This document shows, one piece after another, positions 24,601-36,316 of a DNA stretch of 43,201 nucleotides. The stretch's first letter is position 1; each line of letters opens with the position of its first letter. Origin of the DNA: Catajapyx aquilonaris (Eukaryota). The stretch covers positions 1 to 43,201 of the forward strand of contig JYFJ02003359.1 in assembly GCA_000934665.2 (NCBI GenBank). Reading direction: 5' to 3'. The translations under genes were made by a program, and so were the position numbers. The notes beneath the pieces were generated by a model. It was given only the letters and a program-made list of their open reading frames with translations, searched no databases and was not told where the DNA came from.

Positions 24601-25208
24601 TATCGCCTGTCATGCATTATCTGGTCCCTTCAGGAATGGGCCTTCACCAGTTCCTCCATGGTCAGGGCTTGAACAGCTGCTATCCCTGCAGCCGCTAAGT
24701 CAGCCATGTTGAGCTCACTAGCATTATTTTTGCCACTTCCTGTCCTTATAAAATTGAAACATTTGCCCCTACTTCTCTTGGTCCACCATAATTTGTTTTG
24801 GCTCCTGTATATTAGAGCACTTCAACGGGTTTTTAAATTCTGACATAAGATGATAGTCACAACAAAACACTTTGCCCTCAATAATACTTGGCCATATAAG
24901 TAAGCTTATGTAATACATTTATGTAAAACCACCAGGGCGGTACAGTGGCGGAGTGGTTAGCGCCACAGTCTTCCATCTCTAAGGTCCCGAGTTGGATCCC
25001 CGGGTCGAACAGAGGATACTTATGTGGATAGAGTTTCGATGGGTTCTCTCAGTGTTCGCGTGGGTTTTCTCGGGGTTCTCCCGTTTCGCCCCACTATCAA
25101 AATCCATCACAGCAAAGGCAATGATTAAAGTCGGTCAATTAAAAGATGATCCCCTAAAAAGCCCAAGGAGGCTTATCACGGGGTATCCATTATTATTAAT
25201 ATTATTAA

Positions 25209-25247
<39 letters not shown>

Positions 25248-28200
25248 GTTATTATGTAAAACCACCCCTTGAGTGGAATTTACACTTAAATTCATTTCTC
25301 ACTGACCACACACAACTATCCACGTGTGTGGGCACATTCAATCCTCCCAATCGCTAACATATTGCTAATCTTCACTCAAGCAGGACTTTAATATCCAACA
25401 CAGGCAAGATTGACATCCTCTCTGTACACACAAGACTGCAGCAGCGGCCTTTACCATACCTTCATCGTGGTGCATGCAACTGGTTTCTTCAGACCTCCAA
25501 CTTCACTAGATCAAGTCACCTTCACTTGTCAAATATTTTAACCCATCTTTGCAAGTCTGCATCAGGGTATGTTTTATGGACAGAAATATGTGCCTTTCTA
25601 TTTTCCTGACTACAGGTTCATTGAATACCACTTCTATGTATTTGTAACAGACATGTTAAAGAGAATGAAGGTGACACTAATTATTTGCAGTCTGATTTGC
25701 AATGCTACAACACAGCTAAAAAAAAGCTAGGGGGAGGCATAACCTCTGGAACAGAGATGTCAACTAACCTGGGCTGACTGTAAGGCCAATGTCTTGACCC
25801 GTGGGATCAGTTCTTCTTGGAACTTTGATGGCCACAGCACCTGAGTCACCAATCCACACTGCAGTGCCTCACTTGCAGTCAAGGTTTTGCACCCATACAG
25901 CAAATCACTGGTCTGCAATGAAGATGCCATTATAACATTTAATCCAAACTATAGCAAGCACTCACCATTTTGCCTCCAACAAGCTGTGGAAAGGTGAGAG
26001 TCGCAGCACCTTCTGGCACCTGCCCTAACTTGGCATATGGTGTATAGAAGGTGGCCTTATCACTTGCATAAACTATGTCAAAGAAAGGAAGCATTGTCAC
26101 TCCCAGTCCAATGGCAGCCCCATTGACAGCTGCCACCATCAGTTTGGGAAACCGGGCCAATGACTTCGTAAATTCCCTGAAAATGTATCAGATTACCACA
26201 AGTCCTACCCCACATTATCGTTCTCACGTACTTAACAGCATGGGCAAGCTCCTCTGCAGTCTTCTTGCGTTTGTCTGGCACTGGATTCAGCACGCTGTAC
26301 ACATCCAATCCTTGGCAAAACACATTTCCAGTGCTTGACACAAGCACAACTCTGACACTTTCGTCTCGCTTTAATGACTGCATCACTTCTGTAAACTCCT
26401 TCAGAACCTTTAAAAATAAAGAAGAGCAACTTAGGATTTGCATCGTATGCTTCACCGACATAGTCTCACCTGAATATTTAATCCATTGCGCAGTTTGGTT
26501 GACAATGGTGTCATGATAACTTGTGCTACATTGTCATACTTCCGTACCTGGATCTCTCTAAAATGAATGTAACTCTCACTCTGTCGCAAACTTGACCTCT
26601 GCTTAGTGCCATCTTTTGCGTCACCATCTTTTGCTTTACCATTTACACTTTCATTATCCAGGTACTTCAGAAACACATTGCAATCTGGTAGAAAATAAAT
26701 ATTATTATTATCATATTTTATTCCACAATGTAGTTTCATGATCCTAATAAATACATACCATCATCATCCTCCTCAGGAAGAACAATATCTTCCTTTCTGC
26801 AGCCATTACTTGACCCCATTGGTGAAACATCTGATCCTCTTGAACTTCGGCTAGCTGCAGTCAATGCTTGTGATTCCTTCTTCTTCTTCACACTTTTCTG
26901 ATCTGGGTCTATCGTCAGCAGTCCTTGATATTTCGATTTGCCCTTCTTTGGCATCGTAGCCAGTAAGGAGTGTGATCTGGATGATTTCACTGGTTTTTTC
27001 TTTGTATCTTTGGTAGGGGCTGAGGCAGGGGCATCAGCTGCAATTCCATTCTCAGTTACACCAGCTTCTTCGTCCTCAGCTGCACCCTCTTTAAACCTTT
27101 TTGACATGGCTACCTTGATCTTCATCTTCATAGTGTCATTAAGTTTCTTTGTACTGGGAGCACTTTTGGATATTTTTGCCACTTTCCCTGCCTCCATCTT
27201 CCCTATCTTCTTCTTGCCTTTGGCATCAGTCTTCTTAGGGAGTTTAGTGTCTCCAGGTTGCACCTTAAGTTTAGCAATCTTTCGCCTGGGGACCTTTTCA
27301 TCAACTCCTTTAGCAGTGCTTGGCCTCGAGGCTTCTTTATTAACTCCCTGTGAGCTTGGCCCTGCCTGGAACATCTCATCCCCAGGCGGCCTTTTCTGAC
27401 CCTGCCGGCGAAAAGTCACCACAGGGCTGGTGCTGCGGCTGGAATATGAGCTACTTGAAGAGTGGCGACGGATAATTCTTGACGCATCAGCTGGCAATGT
27501 TGAGGTCTGTCGGGGGCTCCCAGGATAATCCAAGGCACTCCCAGTGCTGGAATCACTGGGCCGACGCAAGGATGAGGATGTCTTCACTGTCTTCCTAGGG
27601 GGAAGTTGTTTGGGCGGACTCAAATTACTTGATTTGCGGCTACGAGTAGCTACTGATTCTAGAGGAGAACCTGTAGTAGAGGTAAGTCTCAAGATTGCAT
27701 TCTTTACAATCTTTTCTTTCACTTTTAAAATTTGTTTCCCACGCCCAAGAGCTCGACGAGACCGTTTGGCAGCAGGAGCTTCCTTCTGGCTGTTTATGTC
27801 TTCCTGCTCTGCTTCATATATCATGTTCACGGCACCTTCATCCATCAGAAGGCGGTCAAGTTCATTTCTTTTCCTTTTCTTCCCAACAGACGCTGTTGCA
27901 TCAGCCGGCATTGGCACAGCAGATGTACTTTGTCGACTTGGTGATGGCGAGTCTTTCCTCAACCTCTTAGACTTGGTCTCTTCAACTGTTTGATTTCCTG
28001 ATTCTTCTGTGGCAGAACCCACTGATGCATTTGATGCTTTGTTTGCTCCCTTTGCAGGCTCTTCAGTCAATCCAGAAAAATCAGTTTCAGCAAGCATTCC
28101 CTCTACTTCAGCACCTACTGACAGTTGATCCAAAAATACCACACCATCAAGAACGGATTTGTTTGGTGCAGGAGTTTCATTTGTTGTATCCGTTGTAGCA

Positions 28201-29393
28201 GCTGTATCGGTTGTAGCAGTTACATCAGTTGTATTGGTTGTTACATTAGTAAGTTGCTCTGGGACATCATCTACAGGGCGTTCCTCAAATAGCAACTTCA
28301 ACTCCTCCTCAATGGCATCTCCATTTATCTGTGATTCATCCTCCCCTGATGGTTGGGGCCCTTCCTGTGCCTGTCCTTGTCCAAGTGACTGAAGTTGCCC
28401 TTGAGGTAGTACCTGGGGCTGCTGGGGTTGCAATGGTTTTACTTGTGCATGGGACTGTGACTCCTCTTGAGATGGTGCACCAGGCAATAGAAAATGTTCC
28501 TCGTCTCCAGATTCACTCTTTACTGGTGAAGTTTTTTCTGACTGCTTGGCAGGGATGTTGCTTGGAGATATTTTGCGAGTCCTCTTTCCAATCCTGTCTT
28601 TCTTCGGTTTGTTTTCCAAAGGCAGTTCCCTCAGCTGTTTCAGTGCAAGTGCTTTCGCTTCCTCTGGATCCAGCCTGCCAAACACATCAGCTTGAAGCTG
28701 TGGCTTGACAGACTGGGGTGCTGTCAACGCAGTTGCTAGGGCCCCTAACGTTGCCTGTTGGTTGGTATTATTTACCTCCTCCTGTGCATCTGGAATGAAG
28801 AAACTAGAATCTGTCACTTCAGGAGCAGATTCCTCTTTCTGCACAATTCCAATTCCCCCAGCAGCAATGCGATTGCTCAGCTGTTGTGACAATTTGGTTG
28901 TGAAAGCTTCCTGTGTTTCATATGGAGAAGACACCTGAGGTGAAGCAATTGGCTTGTTCTTCTGAGAACGTTGAAACAGTTCATGCGCAATTTCTTCGTG
29001 GGTGACTATCTGGCTCGTAAGATTCCGATATGGAATGCGTACACCAAGACGGGGTTTTTGAGGACGTCGACCCATCCGGATTAAATCTTCTGAGGGATCT
29101 TCAACATTGCGTCCCATTAGGTGTGGGGGGATCTGAAACATGGGTGTGTCCTTTCCACTCCTTTCATCGTCATTCTCTCCTTCCCCTGACAATGTACTAG
29201 CTCCAGAGGCACATGTCTCCATCGTAGCATATTCTCTTGCTGCATCAGCCCTGGCAAGAGCTTCAGCAGTGGAAGCTTTTCCTTCAGGTGTTCCTGACAC
29301 TGCCACAATTTCATAAATAAATTTTCCAACTCGCTTTTTTGATAAAAGTGTCTCCCCAGGGTTATCCGGAGCCGCAGGTGGTGAGGATGCCAT
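15695..29393 (-). CDS. HIPP1: CDYL-related crotonase-fold chromatin protein lacking a chromodomain (HIPP1-like)
   Basis: Exons 29393-26759, 26684-26470, 26407-26232, 26176-25966, 25912-25769, 15877-15695 splice in phase (3564 nt, 1187 aa). C-terminal enoyl-CoA hydratase/CDY-type domain: FCQGLD, VAAVNGAAIGLG, DIVYASDKATFYTPY, GQVPEG, LTASEALQCGLV, TKALLR. About 880-aa low-complexity N-terminus with an in-frame TAA just upstream of the ATG. Gene symbol inferred from architecture. Confidence 0.85.
17499..18080. repeat. Diverged inverted repeat pair (about 17499-17645 vs 17932-18080)
   Basis: Reverse complement of the right arm aligns by eye with the left arm (e.g. AATAAATGT..AAAAATTAC.GAAAT.ACTC, GCAATGGAG.TGGAATACTT). 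Confidence 0.7.
18491..18790 (+). mobile_element. Degenerate tRNA-headed SINE sharing a 3' module with family B
   Basis: A-box-like TAGTCTAGTGG; 3' CCCCTCCC..CCTGCAGACCCAGGCGCTTCATTGAAG resembles family B CCCCTCC..GGGCCCGGGTGCTTCATTAAAG; interrupted by C/A runs and an N. Confidence 0.45.
18804..19588. repeat. 392-bp tandem duplication split by an N (probable haplotype/assembly artefact)
   Basis: 18804-19195 and 19197-19588 are near-identical (two substitutions seen), joined exactly at the N at 19196. Confidence 0.85.
19750..21620 (-). pseudogene. Decayed non-LTR retrotransposon (LINE) reverse transcriptase fragment
   Basis: Frameshifted peptides in RT-like order: EVRIAM...DPGIDKLP (cf. KAPGPDG), LLHVIS..NSFICR (cf. 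VISxxQxxFxxGR), MKVWGYNSYLFTMI (cf. LxxFGFxxxFI). Heavily degraded; boundaries approximate. Confidence 0.45.
22190..22540 (+). mobile_element. tRNA-derived SINE family C, copy 2
   Basis: High similarity to 13474-13821; degenerate TSD TATCACATTGGA (22178-22189) / TATCACACTAGA (22542-22553). Confidence 0.88.
23132..23926. mobile_element. PIF/Harbinger non-autonomous element (internal deletion derivative)
   Basis: Perfect 23-bp TIR AGGCCCATTCACACAGGCCGTCG, TSD TAA (23129-23131, 23927-23929); internal MADF-like peptide start (FIDEGERCSLLYE...EYR) on +. Confidence 0.9.
24077..24480. mobile_element. Tc1/mariner-type MITE
   Basis: TIR CAGGGTGTTTCAG plus extended subterminal inverted repeat (GAGGGGGTGGGGAAAAATCGTAGGTGGCGACAACCCC); TA TSD at 24075-24076 and 24481-24482. 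Confidence 0.9.
24934..25251 (+). mobile_element. tRNA-derived SINE family A (V-domain-like), copy 2
   Basis: Similar to 7733-8050; perfect 15-bp TSD TTATGTAAAACCACC at 24919-24933 and 25252-25266; (ATT)n tail. Confidence 0.9.
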
Positions 29394-30353
29394 TCTTCTG
29401 AATATTTATGATTGACTGTTACAGCTGATGGGCGTGACCTAGGTGGAAGGAACAGTCCAAATGAGACAATACCCCATGTACCAGATCTAAAATCATCATC
29501 ACAACAGTCAAGCCTACTTGAGAAAACCTAGATACAGTGTGTCAAGTATTGGGATCCTTTTAGTTGTCACAAATTTGGCTTTATGTTGCTATTTTTGTAC
29601 AGTAATATTGTAAAATCTCAATATAACACTCTTCAAGGGACCACCCAAAAGTCGCTTTATAAGCAGCAATTTAATTCACGCTTTTCTCAGGAAATGAATG
29701 CCTTCACTGTTGCTATGTACATGGATGCTTATAATATTATAAACCATGTTAACCTGAACTGACCTGCCCAGGTACCACGTAGACCCCGAAAATATCCCCT
29801 GAAGCACCCAAAACAATAGTGACTAACCCGAGTCATAGTTCACATAAGCTGCCTATCTGCAACGTCGACATGTTTAGCACTTGGTGACAAGCCCACCACC
29901 TTACACCATCTCATAATGGCCTTCATACATTCTAAGTACATCAAAAGTGTACTCCCTCTCATTCATAGTTTGTTGCAGGGTTCAGTACCCCAAGTCAAGC
30001 AAGTCAGGGGCGAACTCTGGGTCTAATTGGACCCCCAAAAGTTTTTAAAAAATAAGCAAAAAAGCGGGGTTCCTCAACTCCGGCACATATCTCCCTTCTT
30101 CCAAGAAAAAATGGCATCACATACCTACATGGGATGTCCTATCCCTCAGACTCATCCCTAAAAGGTTGTACCATACATGACAACCCAACCTGGACCTCGT
30201 CTAGTAGAGCTCCAAATTGCATTTTGCAACTCACTCTGCCCTCCACTTTGGAACTCACTTAACCCTGGCAGGCAGAGTCAATGCTGCTCCTCAACCAGTG
30301 TTGACTCTGAGTCCAAATCAACCCCATGATTGAAGGTTGAACCGTCGTTATTA

Positions 30354-30922
30354 TGAGGGTTGTTCAATAACTTTTGCCTCCTGGTCTGTAACTTACTTAT
30401 TAATTGATGACCATGAAAGATGTCACATTCAAAATAAAGTTTGAAATGCCCACTTTCCGAGGAGCAATTTATTTTTCGACATAGTCCCCACCGACGGCGA
30501 TGCACGTCCGCCATCGACGCACTAGTCGACGCATGCCGTCAGAGAAGAATGAGGCTGGCCGTTTACGACACCAACAACGCACTGCATTGGCGACCTCTTC
30601 GTCGGACACAAAACGCTTGCTCTTCAGATGTTCTTTCATCTTCGGGAATAGCCAGAAGTGACAGAGGGCTAGGTCTGGACTGTAGGGTGGGTGAGACGAA
30701 ACATCGCGGAACTGCATCGTCTCCAAGGCGGCGGTTGTGTCCCGACTTTTGTGAGGTCGAGCGTTGTCATGTTGATTGAAAGCATTTCCCCCCGGACGAA
30801 CTCTACGGAGACGTGCACGCAAGTGCTTCAGTGTCTGCATGTAGCGTGCTGAGTTGACACTTGTGCCACGCGTAGAGTTCGTCCGGGGGAAAATTCCGTC
30901 ATTCAACATGACAACGCTCGAC
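30354..30922 (-). mobile_element. 5'-truncated mariner (DD34D-type) element with transposase C-terminal half
   Basis: HDNARPH, HPPYSPDLA, FWLF..MKEHL, GGDYVEK; 3' TIR TGAGGGTTGTTCAATAAC next to TA at 30352-30353; coding similarity ends near 30870. Confidence 0.92.
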
Positions 30923-31273
30923 ACATTAGCCTCTTGTTCATATCATGGTCATAGAATATTAAGGTCTGGACACTCCCACCCACCCACCGGCGACCATGTT
31001 GGGTCCCCCAATGTAGCGCTTCCCTTTTGTACCTATAAAGGTCAGCGTAGTCTGGTAGGGTCACCACACGATTGCTCCGGGAATGTCTCATGGCGCTCTC
31101 AGGTGAGCACCCCATGCAAAACGCCCTGGCAGGCGATAAGATCAGAAGGTAGAGGTAGTGTCCAGGGGCTGCTCTTGTTACAGATTTCAGTTACCTTCCT
31201 AGTGGCAATTTCCCACCAGCCTATCCTCTCCATGCTGTTACATGAACAAGCCTTTTCACATTATGATGATGAC

Positions 31274-32272
31274 CAAAGAACGGATTTTTAGGTTTTTACC
31301 TACTTTTCATTTTGTAGGCTGAACACTGGAACCAAAATATCTATCTGTTTCATAACACAAGGACCTCAAAAATCATAGTTTTATAAAACCTAAAATTTGC
31401 CTATTTCGGACGTTGGTACCTAAATGGCCTATTAGCGCCTATTTTCACCTATTTGACGCCTTTTCGCAATATTTTCGGCAGTTTTTATGTGTTTTCCTTT
31501 TATGTCATCCCTCCTGCTTCAACCTGTAAATAGCGAAGAAGCTGTAGCCTGTAGACATGTCGGATGAACTGGCTGTACAAGACATTTAACTTTTCAAGAA
31601 TGATCCAGTTCCTTTGTGTGACATTGAAAGGTCATTTTCAGCATATAAAGTTGCACTGTCAGTGCATCACACAGGCATCGCCAACAAATAATAAATATAA
31701 ACACTAAAATATGGAACAACTGCTAATTTGTTACTGTGTTGCAAAATTACATGGCCAAGAGTAGGCTGTAATTTTGCATGGGACCAGCCCCAGGTCACTC
31801 ATATACCTTATACCTTCCTCCCCCTGTGCACCTTAGCTGATCTCCCCCACTGAAGGGGTTTGCCACACCAGCGCTGCAGTCTCGAAGTCTGAGATGGTGG
31901 CGCCTTACCTACCGGGCAAGTCTGAACAATTTCGATCGACTCCGATTGGCTGGAGTAATACATGCCTCCTGTACTGCTCCACAGGAGGCCTGAACTACTC
32001 CAGCCAATCAGAGTCGAGCAAAATGGTTCACCATCTTGGCCACCATCTTGGAGTCCGAGACAGCAGCGCCAGCGTGGCAAACCCCCTCCGTGGGGGAGAT
32101 CAGCTAAAGTGCACGCAAAAAGGGGGATAGTGGCTGCCACCTGCATGGGACTGAAAATAAATTAGGCCCTGCTTGATTTTTAATGCATATTTAAGAGCCT
32201 ATTTTAACTGTTTTCAGGACCTAAATGCCTACCTATTTGAGGGTTTTTTAGAACCTAGAAATCAGTTCTTTA
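31274..32272 (+). mobile_element. hAT-type non-autonomous element retaining a transposase C-terminal dimerisation motif
   Basis: TIRs CAAAGAACGGATTTTTAGGTT / AACCTAGAAATCAGTTCTTTA, 8-bp TSD ATGATGAC (31266-31273, 32273-32280); remnant peptide FKNDPVPLCDIERSFSAYK...NMEQLLICYC at about 31590-31740. Confidence 0.82.
31785..32143. mobile_element. Foldback MITE nested inside the hAT element
   Basis: CAG...CTG ends, 8-bp TSD CATGGGAC (31777-31784, 32144-32151), long internal inverted arms (GTGCACCTTAGCTGATCTCCCCCAC / GTGGGGGAGATCAGCTAAAGTGCAC; ATTGGCTGGAGTA / TACTCCAGCCAAT). Confidence 0.8.
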
Positions 32273-32329
32273 ATGATGACACTATCAGCCCCTCATTCAA
32301 TAGCATTATTATGGTGTTTGAAGTTATGT

Positions 32330-32370
32330 TTAACCCTTTAAGGCCTATGGACATCATATGATGTCCTGCT
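32330..32370. mobile_element. Possible piggyBac-like left end
   Basis: TTAA followed by CCCTTT and an internal palindrome GGACATCATATGATGTCC; no convincing right end found. Confidence 0.3.
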
Positions 32371-32563
32371 GGTTTTTGAACTGGGTGCACTCGAGTTTAG
32401 ACAGAAATGGCACAGTTTGAGGCTCAAACTGCTGCTACCCCCTCGTGGAAGGGGGCTCAATTACCATGGCGTATGCTAAACAGGTTTTCCACCTCCTAGC
32501 ATGAGCTAAACATACCCCCTCCAGCGGCGTCAGATCAGGATGTCTAGGAAGTCTGGACTCTTA

Positions 32564-32783
32564 GGCGTGTATCTTTGACGTCTCGCGCAAACCTGTGGGA
32601 GGAGCCATAATCTTCTAGGGAAACTTTCCAATGGCGTTAATCCATGACGGAGAAAGAACCCCAGTAGTAGTTAACTTCGTTACTAAAAAATCTGATGATT
32701 TTTACTCTCGCTGGCAGAACCCTGTTAACTCCCCTCTGCAACTGCCTCCCGTAGGTTTGCGCGAGACGTCGAAGATTTGGGCC
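32564..32783. mobile_element. PIF/Harbinger-type MITE
   Basis: About 39-bp imperfect TIR (ATCTTTGACGTCTCGCGCAAACCT..GGGAGG / CCTCCC..AGGTTTGCGCGAGACGTCGAAGAT), TSD TTA at 32561-32563 and 32784-32786. Confidence 0.82.
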
Positions 32784-33240
32784 TTAGGAATTTCTCATAG
32801 TACAGTGTTTTAGTATTATTTTGTAACTATAGTAACAATTTTATACTAGTGACTTTAAAAATTTCAATAAATTTAATTACATTTCAAGTTAATTGCACTT
32901 TAACATTTTTTCTGGAACACCCTGTAGATGAATTGTTTTGGAATTTTACATTCAAAAGGACCACCACAAGTTAAAATGATAAATATTGGAGCATATTGTT
33001 TTCATTAATATCACCCCTACTCTGCTACTACTACAAATTTTCGGCAGCAAGGAAAAAACAGCCAAAAAAGACCCGCCATAAAAGGGTTCAAGTAGTTTCT
33101 TGTAAGACCCCTCCCTCTGACTGTTTTAAAAGCTCCCTTCCAGAAATCTTTTTCCCCTCTAACTACAGCAATTTTTAGTTGTTTGTAATAATGTACAACG
33201 AAAAAATTAAACTCAGGTTTGCTCTATTTCATATTTCATA

Positions 33241-33560
33241 GGGGAGGCGGAGTGGCGCTGCGGTAACATATGCGCCCACAAATGCGAGGGTCCCGGGTTC
33301 GATCCCAACCACAGGCATTCCCCCCTTCATCTCGTGTGGAGTTAGGTCGTCTCTGGCTTCATCTCAGGTGGAATCTCCAATAGACTAATTCACCAGGGAG
33401 TTCACAAAATGTATCGTTATACATATTGCATTTGCACGTTGTACATCCCCTCCCAGTTACCCTGCCTGTGGGCCCGGACGTTTCGCTATCAGGTCCTGAT
33501 GTATACTAATGTATATGAGTAGGAAATATCCGTGCCTATACCTGGATAGATATCCGTTCA
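33241..33560 (+). mobile_element. tRNA-derived SINE family B, copy 3
   Basis: GGGGAGGCGGAGTGGCGCTGCGG head, B box GGTTCGATCC, family B body; tail degenerate. Confidence 0.85.
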
Positions 33561-34450
33561 AAAATCTGCATTTCAAATTCTCAGGTTGCTATTTCTCCAC
33601 CATAAAATTGCAACAGGAGGTGCTAGAAATGCACCCTTGCCCAAATAAGTTGCCTGCCTGTCCAGGAGCCAAGGTAATTCAGTATAAGATCGGCCAAATT
33701 GATTCAGACCAGTCAACTATGCACAGGCCTCACTGTGAATACATCAACGGAGAAAAAATTCTAAGGCTTCCGTCGCATCTAATCATAAACCATTTGACAC
33801 ACAATACTGCCCACACCCTCTGTCTCATGTGAGTGTCACACGGCACTAATCCTTCCAATGCCTACTCACTGGAAACTCCTCATTGCTCTACCTGCTGTTT
33901 CCATGGTAGACCCATTTCTACTCTGAAGTGTTCATATTTGCTCGGTTGATGAGGCATTGGCTATAATGTCAACTCTACTTTTTTGATGTGCAAAAAAGAT
34001 ACCTAGACAAATCACCATGATACCTCCATGTTATCAGGACCTTGGCAGCACACACATGACTGGTACACTTTCATTTCACTGATCCTTACTTACATCTGCT
34101 CAAAAAAGAGCTATTTTATTTGAGCATGTGCAAATTCCTCACAGCAATAGCCTGGGGGTTAAGACACAAAAATCACTAATAGTAATGGACACTTCAGTTG
34201 GAACATGCTGTATAATCTATTAGATTTTCAGTGTATGTCTGACACATGTAATATGAACGGAAAACTTTCAGAGAATGGCTAGATTACAGCATAAACAAGT
34301 TTCAGTGTATTAGGTTCTGACTACAAGTTTAGATTTTGATCAATTAGGTAGCATTTTCAGGTCCTGAAGGTACAACACAGGCTTTACTGTGGGTTTCTAC
34401 GCAAAATTTTAAGTGGAAAACATGTGAAAATCACTTAGAAAGGTCTGTAC

Positions 34451-34754
34451 TAGCCCCCGCAACTCCCTCTCTTTTCGCGTGCGCTTAACGAGTCCCCTAT
34501 CCCTGCCGGATGTGGATCCCGAAAACCCGGATGTGGAGCCCTGAATCAAATAGCCTTTGGGCCGACGTCTACTGAACCGTCCTGAACCTACCTACACCAT
34601 CAATTCCCAGCCCCAGTTTGCAGATCCTCTGCATCAGCCACCCGAATGTGATTTGGACCGCGGCCCAAAGACAATTTGATACAGTGATCCGGGATAGCGG
34701 ACTGGCTAAGTGCACGGCCTTCCCCGTATGGCTAGATAGGGAGTTGCGGGGCTG
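34451..34754. mobile_element. hAT-like MITE
   Basis: TIRs TAGCCCCCGCAACTCCCT / AGGGAGTTGCGGGGCTG; 8-bp TSD GTCTGTAC (34443-34450) / GTCTGTGC (34755-34762). Confidence 0.78.
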
Positions 34755-34783
34755 GTCTGTGCCAAGATGTGGACTGTATGGAC

Positions 34784-35071
34784 CAAGGGGGTAGCCACTT
34801 TGGAGAGCCAGTGTACACCCTCACTGGTGAGCCGCAGAGAGCCGATGGAAAACTACGTCATATTGACGTCATATCATCAATCTTGCGGGTTGTGACGTAG
34901 TTGGCTCTCCCGAGGCTCTCCGCGGCTCTTTGCGACTCTCCGAGGCATTGGCGAGCCCATAAGACCGTGGGTGAGCCTGCTGGTGAGCCGGGGGAGAGCC
35001 GTGGAGAACCGAGGAGAGCCGCAACTCAAAAGAGCCGGTGTACACTTTTTTGAGGGGTAACTACACCCTTG
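34784..35071. mobile_element. hAT- or P-like MITE with internal GAGAGCC repeats
   Basis: TIRs CAAGGGGGTAG / CTACACCCTTG; perfect 8-bp TSD GTATGGAC (34776-34783, 35072-35079); repeated GAGAGCC/GGCTCTC motifs. Confidence 0.8.
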
Positions 35072-35343
35072 GTATGGACAACAGTCAAATATGCCCTCTA
35101 GATTTGTTCAAGATTTTGTGAGCAATTTCCATGTAGTGACATGTGCACTTGCGCATTACCACGTGTCGGCCTTTAGGCGCTCAAGTAGGAAATCTTTGAA
35201 CACCCTCCAAACAATCAAGATCATGTATTTTCATCTCTAATAACATTTCAGTCCCACAATGGTTCTGCACGGCAGTAGTATCAAGCAACACCCCTGAAGT
35301 GCCTATTAAGCAGGCACTCAGATCCAGAAAGTACAATCTAACA

Positions 35344-35657
35344 CCGAACCAGTAGTGGTGTAGTGGTATGGTGTCCGACTGCTAATCGGGAGGTCCTGGG
35401 TTCGAATTTCGGAGGCCGGCGACCCTGATCATGGTTTTCTGTGGTTTCCCATGGTCACCAAAGGATAATTCCGGGGTCGTTACCGTAATTATAGGCCACT
35501 GCCGCTTCCTTCCTTACCTATCCTTGCCTCAATTCCGATGAAAAGTATAGTAAAAATGGAAAGAGTTCCAGAAAAAAAAATTGGGAGAAATCCCCCCCCT
35601 AATAAAGCCTAAAGGGCTGATAATGGGGTATCAATTATTATTATTATTATTATTATT
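35344..35657 (+). mobile_element. tRNA-derived SINE family D (central domain resembling Lm1/Talua-type insect SINEs)
   Basis: A box TGGTGTAGTGG, B box GGTTCGAAT, core GGTTTTCTGTGGTTTCCC...AGGCCACTGCCGCTTCCTTCC, (ATT)n tail, perfect 18-bp TSD AGAAAGTACAATCTAACA (35326-35343, 35658-35675). Confidence 0.9.
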
Positions 35658-36316
35658 AGAAAGTACAATCTAACAGAAGCTACATACACAAACAGGCACC
35701 AAAAAGATGCACGGCAGAAGTTGGTTTACCCTCACTGTATTTTACCAGCATACAAGTGGTATGCACTACACATATTCGCACCCATTTATAAATACCCATC
35801 CCCAACCAAAGCATTTCACTGCAGCACAATTAGGCTTCCGAATCCATCCTGCACAAATTGAAACTGATATTTGTAACTGTTTATAAAACAGTGAACACCA
35901 CAAACTGACCTAAAACCAAAACTGAATCACGCAAGCACTGTCACAACACCCCTTCCTCAATGTATGTCACCTCTGACTCCAACCCTGACACATGAAACTG
36001 CTGGCAGTTGACTCACACCCAAAGTATTACACCACTACTGTCCTCCAAAACATAAGTTCTTTCCACACTAGGCCTAGGCCGAACACCGATGCAATTTCCC
36101 CTTACACACGTCCCACACATTTCGCCTACCGTCCTCGAGCCTACCACAACCATGTTAATTCAACAGTACCCATACTTCCGATACTCTTTATTACAGCCGC
36201 AGATCTCCATGTAAAACGAGGGGAGTGACTGTCGGGGTGGGGGAGGCCCAGAGGGAGGCGGAGTGGGAGGGTGTAGCGGGGTACTGGCTGCAAAAATCAA
36301 GCCAGTCTGTACGTAC

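Noticed and set aside
26938..28938. Plus-strand ORFs opposite the large HIPP1-like exon
   Set aside because: Antisense shadows of a Lys/Glu/Ser-rich exon.
33473..33496. Hammerhead-like CTGATAGCGAAACGTC on the minus strand of a family B SINE
   Set aside because: Core is not CUGANGA, stem II is missing, and the other two copies lack the motif.
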